Assembly (NCBI GenBank): GCA_043228905.1
Contig: JBHGNT010000013.1
Span: 14,322,001 to 14,386,000, forward strand
Length of the DNA: 64,000 bases
Source of the DNA: Azolla caroliniana
Lineage: Eukaryota > Plantae > Polypodiophyta
Reading direction: 5' to 3'
Made by a program: the position numbers and the translations under genes. The notes under the pieces were generated by a model, which was not told where the DNA came from, did not search any database, and saw only the letters and a program-made list of their open reading frames with translations. Shown one piece after another: positions 23,373-34,151 of this stretch. Position 1 is the first letter of the stretch; each line of letters opens with the position of its first letter.

Positions 23373-25530
23373 TAGGTTTGTGCAATCTTATTTTCTTAAC
23401 ATGGTTATTGATGGTAACATTAACAAAAGGGCAGTCTTTGGCTGTATTGTTCGATCATGAGCTGGCGAATCCAACAAATTTTGAGTCTGTCATCTTAGCC
23501 ACTCATGCAAGCCAATCTCAACAAAATGAGTTTCGTCGGCTGCAAGGTTCAAACATGAGCAGGGGAACCCATCAGTTTTGAAGTCTGTAACCTTAACCAC
23601 TTGACCAAGTCAACTGCTTTTTCATAATCTTATTTTCATAACCTGGCAAACAAGGGGTGGCGGCACCTAGGAGGATGTGGTTATTAATAGTAACCCTGAC
23701 AAGAGGAGGCTCATCGGCTGCAGGTTTCGAACCGAAGCAGGCGAACCACACATATTTCAAGTATGTCGTCTTAACCAATCGACAAAGTTGACCACTTTTT
23801 CGCCTTGTTTTCTTAACATAGAACAAAGGCCACGGTGGCACTTACGATGACGTGGTTATTCGTAGTATCCCCGACAAAAGGGGAGTCTTCGGATGCAAGG
23901 TTCGAACATGCACAAGCGATCCCAACTGATTTTGAGTCGGTCGCCTTAACCATTCGTCCAAGCCGACCACTTTTTCATAATCGTATACCACTCACGTGGC
24001 TCCTAGCGCACGACGGAACTTGAAAGCATATATGTATTGATAATTACCTCGACAAAAGGGGAGTCGTCGGCTGTCGTTGGTTGTAGGGGTTCGAACGTAC
24101 GCGGGGCTAACGCAGTTGATTTCGAGTCTTACGCCTTAAGCACCTGGCCAAGAAGAGCGCTTTTTCGTAATCTTCTGTTCTTCACCTCTCATAAAGGGCA
24201 CGACGAAATGTGTGACGCCATGGGTAACGAGGGTAACCCTTCCCTGTAGGGTTTGAACTTGCACGGGCGAACCCGATACAATAGAAGTCCATCGCCTTAA
24301 ACACTCGCCAACCCGACGAATTTTCTATAATATTAATTTCTTAACCTGGCACAAAGCACACGTCGGCACCTACAACAAGGTTATTGATAGTAAGCCCGAC
24401 AAAAAGGGAGTCGTCGGCAGCAAGATTCGAACATGCACAGACGAACCCAATAGATTTCAAGTCTATCGCCATAACCACTCGGCCAAATCGACTAGTTTCC
24501 CACAATGATAATTTCTTAATGTGTCACAAAGAGCGTGGTGACACCTACGACAATGTGGTTATTGATAATAACCTTGACAAAAAGGTAGTCCTCAGTTGTA
24601 GTGTTCGATCGTGAGCTAGCGAACCCAACAGATTCTAAGTCTTTGTTTAAACCTGGCATAGAAGGCATATTGGCACCTACGACGATGTGGTTATTGGTAG
24701 TAACCTAGAAAAAAGGGTAGTCATCGTTTGCAAGGTTCGAATCTAATAGATTTCAAGTCTGTCGCTTTAACCACTCGGCCAAACCAACTAGTTCTTTGCA
24801 ATCTTATTTTCTTAACGTGGTTATTGATCGTAACACTAACAAAAGGGGAGTCGTCGGTTGTATTGTTCGATCGTGAGCTAGTGAACCGAACAGATTTTGA
24901 GTCTGTCGTCTTAGCCACTCGAGCAAGCCAACCCCAACAAAACGAGTTTCTTCGGTTGCAAGGTTCGAACATGAGCAAGGGAACACATCAGTTTTGAAGT
25001 CTGTCACTTTAACCACTCGACCAAGCCGACTACTTTTTCATAATCTTATTTTCTTAACATGGCAAACAAGGCGTGGGCACCTAGGATGACGTGGTCATTA
25101 ATAGTAACCCTGACAAAAGGAGATTCATCAGCTGCAAGTTTCAAACCTAAGCAGGTGAACCAAACATATTTCAAGTATGTCGTCTTAACCAATCGACAAA
25201 GCTGACCACTTTTTCGCATTGTTTTCTTAACATAAAAAGAGGCCAAGGTGGCACTTACGACGATGTGGTTATTCATAGTATCCCCGACAAAAGGGGAGTC
25301 TTCAGATGCACGGTTCGAACATGCACAAGCGATCCCAACTGATTTCGAGTCGGTCGCCTTAACCACTCGTCCAAGCCAACCGCTTTTTCGTAATCGTCTA
25401 TTCTTCACTTGGCTCCTAGCACACGACGGAACTTGCGAGCATGTGTTTATTGATAATTACCTCAAAAAAAGGGGAGTTGTCGGTTGTAGGGTTCAAACGT
25501 ACGCGGGCTAACCAAGCTAATTTCGAGTCT

Positions 25531-26516
25531 TGGGTGAAAGCATGTGAGTGGAAACAATTAGCTATGTCCTTGACATAGCTAATTAGCTATGCAAAAAGCT
25601 ACCATTGAAAATAGTAGAGAGTTTTAATTATATAAATGAGCACCATAAATGTGCAACATAAACGTGCAACATAAATTTATATGTGCACCATAAATTATAT
25701 GCCGAATTCCTAGGTCCATTATGCATGATCCTTTGCCACATCACATGGGCGGCCATCTTTGGTTGAGTATTCTGGCTTAGATTACTACCATTGTTACTAA
25801 ACCCTATTGAGTCCACTCCTCCCTTGCCGCCATTCTACACTCAGTTACCGACACGGAGTGGTCCAAGTATCATCTACCACTGTTCGATCCGACGAAGTTC
25901 CCTCCTCCATTGCCGCCATTCTACACTCAATTGTCGCCACTATTCAATCCAAGCATCATCTGCCAAGTTCGCTCCTCTATTGCCGCCATTGTACACTCAG
26001 TTGCCGCTACTGTGAAGGTCGTATATTGCTGCCACTTTTCAATCCGACGGAGTTAACTCCTTCTCCACTACCACCATTCTACTCTCAGTTGCCATCACTG
26101 TGCGTTCCAAGCATCATCTACCACTGTTCGATCTAACAGAGTTCACTGCTCCATTGCCATCATTCTACACTCAGTTGCCGCTACTATTCGGTGACCGGTC
26201 CTGGATTGCTGCCACTTTTCGATTTGATGGAGTTCAATCATCCATTGCCATCATTCTGCATTTAGTTTCCGCTATTGTTCAATCGTGTATTGCTGCCACT
26301 TTTCGATCTGAGGGAGTTCAATCCCCCTCCAAAACTACGCTCCCTATTACAATGTTTCTATGCCCTTTATATACACAGGGCATAGTCGGTTACACTTCAA
26401 GTGTGAACCGTTACATGTGTTACTTTAACTCTTGGTTTACAATAACACGCCTATCCCCTAGCCCATTTCTTTACTTATCGCCTTGTTTCTCATTAGTCTG
26501 CTTCTGGCGGACAACA
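25531..26516 (-). mobile_element. Probable truncated LTR-like insertion with internal degenerate tandem repeats
   Basis: Starts TGTTG on the minus strand at 26516, TATATAAAGGG at ~26362-26373, repeated ccattctacactcagttgcc motif over 25830-26270. No TSD seen. Confidence 0.45.
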
Positions 26517-26896
26517 GTTTCGAACCTAAGCGGGCGAACCCAACATATTTCAAGTATGTCGTCTTAACCACTCAACAAAGTCGAGCACTCTTTAGCCTTC
26601 TTTTCTCAACATGGAACAAAGGGCAAGGTGGCACTTACGACGAAGTGGTTATTCGTAGTAACCCCGACAAAAGGGGAGTCGTCGGATGCAGGGTTCGAAC
26701 ATGCACAGGTGATCCCAACTGACTTCGAGTCGGTTGCCTTAACTACTAGTCAAGCCGACCACTTTTTCGTAATCGTCGGTTCTTCACTTGGCTCCTAGCG
26801 CACAACGGAAGTTTCGAGGATGTGGTTATTGATAATAACCTCGACAAAAAGGGAGTCGTCGACTGTAGGGATTCAACCTATGCGGACGAACCCAAC
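26517..26896 (-). repeat. tRNA-Ser satellite, block 3 (2-3 units)
   Basis: Same monomers as block 2. The unit at 26680-26759 has a CGA anticodon. Confidence 0.9.
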
Positions 26897-26925
26897 CATA
26901 TTGTTGTAACTACTGTACAGAGAAC

Positions 26926-26972
<47 letters not shown>

Positions 26973-29900
26973 TGTGTGTGTGTAGCTACAAGCACTCTCT
27001 GTTGTAACCGTCGTTTGGCGAAGACCGCGAGCACGAGCTGGTCACCTCTGTGCCTTCACTTTGTATTTCCTCTCCTATAGTGATAGTTGGAGTCTGTGGG
27101 CTCCCGTGGTTTTTCCCTATTAGGGTTTTCCATGAAAACATCCTGTGTATTTCCTTTGTGTACTCTCCACTTCCCATTTCTGTGTTTCATTCTCAGTGAA
27201 GTGTTCAAGACTCGATGGTGGCCGAGCAATATTCCGCATGATTCTCGTGAAACTGGTATCAAAGCGAACAACACGGGAAATGGAAGAATCATTTGGCGGC
27301 ATCTTCAAGCTCACTAGCTCCAACTACTCAGTGTGGAAGTCAAAGATGAGGGATATGTTGTTGGTTAAAGATCTTTGGTTGCCGGTTCAGTTCGGCGACA
27401 AGAGACCAGATAAGATCAACGCCACAGTGTGGGAGGTGATGCACATGAAGATGACGGCATACATCCGGTGCTTCATCGACATGAGCCTGTACAACAACTT
27501 CAATGAAGAGAGCAAGGATCATGAACTCTGGGAGAAGATCGGCATCATGTTCCAGAACAAGAATGTTGTCAATCGGGTTTTCGGTATTCCGGAAGCTAGT
27601 GAGGCTTCAATACCAGGACGGCTCTAGTATGGTGGAGCACATGAATGCCTTCCAAGGACTGATCCACCAGGCAACCTCGTTGGAAGTACCTCTTGCCGAT
27701 GAGGTACTCGCATTGCCCCAGCTCGGTTCCCTCCCGGATAGCTAGGAGACGTTAGTTGTCATGTTGGGCAACGCCAGGCCGGAAGGAAAACAATTGTCCC
27801 TAACAAGGGAAAAATCAAGCTTGCTAGATGAAGAAGCTTGCTGGAAGGATCGGGAGTCCGGAACCGATCCGAAGGCCTTGGTCACGGAAGATGACCACAA
27901 CCGGGGAAGAGACCAGTATCGGAGTCCCCAAAACCGGGACAAATCAGGGACGAGGTCGAAGTCAAGGGGAAGGCCCACGTGCTTCTATTGCGGGAAGCCG
28001 GGACACTTCCAGAAGAACTGTCGGCATCTCCGGAAGGAGAAAGAAATCGGCACTGCCGATTCGAAGAAGAGTTAAGACCGCCAACACTCCTGGTGAGTTG
28101 TGGCACAAAAGACTATGTCACATGAGTGAGAAGGGGATGAAGAGGCTTGCCAAAGACAACCTCATTCCGGTGAAGGACGTGCAACTTGAGAAGTGCATTG
28201 ATTGCTTGGCGGACAAGCAAAACCAAACCTCCTTTCGGTCAAGCCCACCGATGAGACGGAATGCACCACTGGAGCTGGTACATACCGATGTGTGTCAAGT
28301 GGAGACGAAGTCACATGCCAGATTGCAGTACTTCGTGACGTTCATAGACGACCATAGCCGGAAGTTGTGGGTCTCACCGTTGAAGACGAAGGATCAGGGG
28401 TTATCTGTCTTCAAGGAGATCCACGCGAGAGTGGAAAGAGAAACCGGCCGGAAGCTGAAGACGGTTCAAGCAGATAACGAAGGAGAATACCGGGGGCAGT
28501 TCGAGGAGTACTGTCGGTCGAAGGGAATCGGGCTCGAATTCACCGTGCCGAAGATGCCGGAATTCAACAAGTTGGCCGAAAGGATGAACCAGACCATAAT
28601 GGAGAGAGTCTGAAGCATGCTAGCACATGCCAAGTTACCCAAGACGTTCTGGGCTGAGGCACTGACGACAGTGACCTATGTGATAAACAGATCATCCTCA
28701 ACACCCTTGGGAGGAGACTCACCTCAGAAAGTATGGACCGGTAAAGATGTATCTTACCGGCATCTGAAGGTGTTCGGGTGTCTCGCATATGTGCATGTTG
28801 CAAAGGACAAGAGAGCAAATCTGGGTCCGAAGTCTCGGCCATGCATATTCCTTGGATACGACGACGATGAGATCGGTTGTCAGGTGTGGGACCTAGTCGA
28901 CAAGAAGGTGTTCCGGAGTCGGGACATAGTCTTCATGGAAGACAGGACCATTGCCGACTAGGAGAGTCGAAGAAGAAGATGATGAACTATGGATCATCCA
29001 ATGAAACCTGGCTTGAGGACACAAGAATATACCCAGTTGAAAACCGGATGTTAGCCGGTAATCGCATGTTAGCTGGTAACCAGATGACACTCAACGAACC
29101 GGCCGGATACGAACAAGAAACCGAACCGACCGAAGAAGAAGAAGAAGAAGAAGACACCGGAACCGGACAAGATCCCGAATCAGATGAGGATGAGGAACAG
29201 ATGGAGGAACTAGTGGTCAAAAACCAAGGACGGAGATATCCTCTCAGAGAGAGAAGAGCCCCCCAAAGATTTCTGGATGCAGAGCATGTGTTGCTAACCG
29301 ATGAGGGGGAGCCAGAAAGCTTCGAAGAAGCAAAGAGAGACGCCCACAACTGCAAGTGGTTGAGGCCATGCAGGATGAGATGGATTCCTTGCATGAGAAC
29401 CACATGTATGAACTGACAGAGTTGCCGAATGGAAAGAGGGCACTCCGGAACAAGTGGGTGTACAAGTTGAAACCGGGAGATGTCGGAAATCCACCCAGGT
29501 ATAAGGCCTAAATCTTGGTGAAGGGCTTCCAGCAGAAGAAAGGAGTGGACTTCGATGAGATCTTTGCCCCGGTAGTAAAGATGACATCCATCCGGACGGT
29601 ATTGGGCATAACAGCAAGCATGGACCTCGAGGTAGAGCAACTGGACGTCAAGACGGCATTCCTACATGGCGACCTCGAAGAAGAGATCTACATGCATCAA
29701 CTGAAAAGATTTGAGAGGAAAGGGAAGGAGCACCTGGTGTGCCGGCTGAAGAAGAGCCTATACGGACTGAAGCAAGCCCCCCGGCGATGGTACCGAAAGT
29801 TCGACTACTTCATGACCAACCAAGGGTACCACAAGACGCAAGCCGATCACTGCGTGTTTGTGAAGAAATTTGACGGAGGAGATTTCCGGATACTCCTATA

Positions 29901-31394
29901 TGTGGATGATATGCTAATCGTTGGAGAGACCAAGTCAAGATTCGGATGCTGAAGAAGGCTTTGAACCGAACCTTCTCAATGAAAGACTTGGGGCCGGCAA
30001 GACAGATATTGGGAATGCACATCATCCAGGACCGGTCGAAGAAGTTGTTGTGGTTGTCACAGGAGAAGTACGTGACAAAGGTGCTTCAACGGTTCAACAT
30101 GTCGGACGCGAAACCGGTCAAATCGACACTCCCGGCAAATTGCAAGCTATCCGGAAAACAAAGCCCGAGGACAAAGGCGGAGAAGACGGATATGATGAAG
30201 ATACCATATGCCTCTGTCGTCGGGAGCTTGATGTACGCAATGGTATGTACCCAACCGAATATTGGATATGCAGTCGGAGTGGTGAGCCGGTTCATGAGCA
30301 ATCCCGGCAAAGAGCATTGGAACGCGGTTAAGTGAATACTCTGGTATTTGAAAGGCACTTCCAGTACGTGCCTCCGGTTCGGCTCCGGTAATCCCCAACT
30401 TGACGGATTCACGGATTCGGATATGTCGGCTGATGCGGATACTAGCCAGTCTACATCCGGATATGTCATGACTTATGTAGGGGGGGTTGTATCATGGCAG
30501 TCAAGGCTGCATAAGACGATTGCGTTATCAACCACGGAGGCAGAGTACATGGCAGATGTAGAAGACGGCAAGGAGATAATCTGGATGAAGGACTTCATCG
30601 GAGAGCTAGGGATCCAACTGGAGGAATACCGGCTCTGTTGCGATAGTCAAAGCGCCATCCACCTTGCAAAGAACGCGGCCTACCATTCCAGATGAAACAT
30701 ATCCAGCGAAGGTACCACTCGATCCGGGAGAGAGTAGAAGATCAAGAGTTCATGCTAACAAAGATCCACACGGAGGAGAATAGGTCGGATATGTTGACCA
30801 AGGTGTTGACAACCGACAAGGTGGACGCATGCCGAAAGTGGATCGGGCTCACGAGACATCCCATGCCGGAGTGAAGGGGGAGATTGTTGGGAAATCGGTC
30901 CCTCCGGATGGGATCTAGTGGTGAATAAAGAGGACCTGATGAGAACCAGAAGATATGTTTTCTAAGTAAGCCTATTGAGGCTATATTTGTAAATAGCCCT
31001 AAGTTCATATAAGTATAAATATGACTTAGGGCAATCACTTGTGTGTGGTTGTTGTTATTTGTTGTAGTCATATTGTTGTAACTATTGTACAGAGAGCCAT
31101 AGAGAGAGAGAGAGGGAGAGAGAGAGTAGCTACGAGCACTCTCTGTTGTAACCGCCGCCTGGCGAAGACCGCGAGCACGAGGTCGTCGCCTCTGTGCCTT
31201 CACTTTGTATTTCCTCTCCTATAGTGATAGTTGGAGTCTGTGGGCTCCCGTGGTTTTTCCCTATTAGGGTTTTCCACGAAAACATCCTATGTATTTCCTT
31301 TGTGTACTCTTCATTTCCCATTTTTGTGTTTCATTCTCAGTGAAGTGTTCGAGACTCGGTTGTGGCCGAGCAATATTCCGCGTGATTCTCGTCA
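26897..31394 (+). mobile_element. Degenerate Ty1/Copia element
   Basis: 5' LTR truncated (26897-27250); PBS TGGTATCAAAGC for tRNA-iMet at 27254-27265; gag from 27280; CFYCGKPGHFQKNC; integrase; RT YVDD; RNase H, with many stops and frameshifts; PPT gaagggggaga; 3' LTR 30885-31394. Confidence 0.92.
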
Positions 31395-32588
31395 TGGTGG
31401 ATCGGGGTATATTGCAGTGAATTGTCCCCATTGGCCAAGAAGGCAAGTAAATCAAATAACTGTTAGTACTGATAGTACTAAACCCGAGTCTATTTCTCTA
31501 GGTGTGTCCGATAGTCCTAATAGCCCAAGCCTTTCAAACAAATTTGAAATCCTTAGTCAACTAGAAGAAGAGTTAAATGATTAAGTCCAGCCAAAATAGG
31601 ATCCGTTTGGTTGGACAGCCCTAGATCTGTGCAACCCATTAGTGGTTCCATTTCCTCTAAGCAAGTTAGCAATGTGCTCTTAGCTCAAGTAATGGTTAGT
31701 ACTAAAAGTACTCCTCCAATACATGTATTAGCACTCTTAGATTCCGGAGCCAACTCTTGGTTCATGGATAGGAATTTTGCCCAAGCTCATCAGATATCCC
31801 TAAGAAAACTTTCTTGCCCAGCATCTGTAGTAGTTATTGATGGTCGTCCCATTGCTTCCAGAAAAATCGTAGAGAAGTCAGAACCGATTCAAGTTGTCCT
31901 AAATAACTTGGTGTGTGTGTGTGTGTGTAATATCATTTAATATAATTAGTAGTCTAGATCATCCAATTGTCTTAGGGTTACCGTGGTTCAAATTACATAA
32001 CTCAGACATAGATTGGAGAACAAGAGAAATCCGATATCGACAAATCTGAGGATCTACTCATAAGATTGCAACCATTTCGCTACAACAATTGCGTGAGGAA
32101 GGACGCAAGGAAGCAATGTTTGTCTTCATAGTATCAGTAAATCCTCCAACACTATTAAAGAGGAATCCACAGTTCAACTTCCAGAAAGTATCGTCAATAT
32201 GCTGATGTGTTCGATAAGGTACAAGCCAATACGCTTCCTCACCACCAATCGTATGATTGCCCCATCGATTTACAATAGGGAAAAGAGCCACCATGGGGAC
32301 CGATCTACAATTTGTCACCAACCGAGATAGAAGTCCTTCGAGCCTATATAGAGGAGAATTTGGTAAACGGTTTCATTCGACATTTGAAATGTCTAGCTGG
32401 CGCACCCATTTTCTTCGTCAAGAAAAAGGATGGATCACTTTGTCTCGTCGTAGACTACCACGACTTGAATAAGGTCACCATCATGAATAGGTATGCACTT
32501 CCCCTTATCTCAAGTCTTTTAGAACAGATCAATGGTGCAAGGTTCTTCACAAAAATCGACTTACGAGGAGCATATAACCTCGTACGGA

Positions 32589-32590
<2 letters not shown>
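31395..32590 (+). mobile_element. Gypsy chromovirus (Tcn1-like) fragment: zinc knuckle, protease, RT N-terminus
   Basis: ALLDSGANSWFMD; [50 protein letters not shown]. Ends at the (CT)n tract 32591-32634. Confidence 0.8.
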
Positions 32591-32636
<46 letters not shown>

Positions 32637-34151
32637 GTTCTACACCCTCTTTTCCTCTTAGTACTAATCTCCTCTCTGTCTCAATACTATGGTCTAACAT
32701 AGAGGACACGATGGCCCTTCCGAATCAGTAGGTTAGTTGCAAGAATCCAAGCCACGTGATCTTCGATAAGGCCTCGTCTACATCAATGACTACAATGATA
32801 TGGTTGTTGAGGTAGTGTCCTTGTGCCACTTTGAGGCTCCCTTGCTCGACGAGCTAACTTCACCTTATTTTCTCTTCACACCGCCTCTTCAAGTGAGACG
32901 AATCCAAACACGCTTGACCCCAAACCGTAAACCCTTGAGCAAATAAAAAAAGAAGAAGAGGAAGTAAATTGGAACTCTCACGAAGAAGAACCCTAAATAC
33001 TCACGAAGAAGAGGGAAAATACAACTCTAAAACCTCAAGCACATTGAGAAAAAGAGCTAAGAAATGAAGAAGCAAACCCTTAATTGTCCACCCCAAACCT
33101 CAAAATAGGAGACCTCAAGTTGACCACTAACACAAACAAAAATGCAAGTGAGAGGGTTGAAGCTTCTGGTGTAGGCAAGAGTACCTTTGACAACTACAAC
33201 GCCTCAAATCGGAATAGTGTTCTCTAGCCACTCCATCCTCCCTTTAAATGATTGATGTGCGAGCTTGCCGAACCTCTCCTTGACTCTACCAACATGTAAT
33301 GGCACTCACTAAAGAATTGGTCTCTAGGTCACTTAAGAAGAAGAAGAAGAAGAACTCGGAAGTCTAATATTCCCACAAAGAGGAAAATAAAACCGTAAGT
33401 TCTCAAATACCTTGAGGAGAAAAAGAAAAAGAAAAGCATCACAAAACCCTAAAGTTCGATGAAGAAGAAAAGCACCACAAAACCCTGAAGTTCGAAGAAG
33501 TGAAAGAATATTAGAAGAGGAAGCAAAAACCACAATGGTACGCTCCAAGATACAAAATGGGCAACATCTCAAACCACAAAAATTGGCAACCCAAAATAAG
33601 CCCTCTTCTCTTCGTTATATATAAAAAGAGGCACCTAATTTCGCATTAAATGCACTTATTCCTATTTTTCTTCAGAAAAGAAAAAGGAATAAATAATCCT
33701 TACTTCATGCCGTGCGACAAAAGAATCAAACTTTGCATCCCCCTCGAGCCTAATGAATAGCTCTAGCCACTAAAGATTCACTTTGATTATATATATCGTT
33801 TTTTATATATACATATCTTTTTATGATTGTGATCGGGCCTTCCCTTTTTCCCTTTTCTACCTTTACCCATGCCACATCACGACAACATAGCATCTAGATT
33901 GATTATATTATATTTTTGAATAGTTGTCCCGAGTCCAATTGCACAAATATCAAGCTCTCCCTGATATTAAGATTGAGTTCAAACTAATATTTCATTGCTT
34001 TTAAGGCATCTAGTCCATTGTAAGTAGAGCCAACTTAGTTACTTCCCAAAGAAAAAAGAATTCATACATATCAGTAGAGCAAAATCCTCTTTGCATTATG
34101 TTGAAGCACATGAAAGACTACAATAAATGAATAAATAAAATCCCACCATTA

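Larger units (their letters stand above)
21451..25530 (-). repeat. tRNA-Ser-derived tandem satellite, block 2 (~1.4 kb higher-order repeat of ~9 monomers, ~3 copies)
   Basis: Diagnostic variant cgaacatgcacaagcgatcccaact at 22501, 23903 and 25316 (periods ~1402 and ~1413). Monomer spacing is ~175 bp (22311 to 22486). Confidence 0.95.

Noticed and set aside
2015-25511. Short ORFs such as MVKATDLKSVGFARVGSNP in the satellite
   Set aside because: They are translations of tRNA sequence, with inconsistent frames and no protein motif.
639-26896. Tandem tRNA-derived SINEs
   Set aside because: The units contain the complete tRNA followed immediately by a TTTT terminator, with no SINE body, poly-A tail or TSDs. 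This fits DNA-level tandem amplification.
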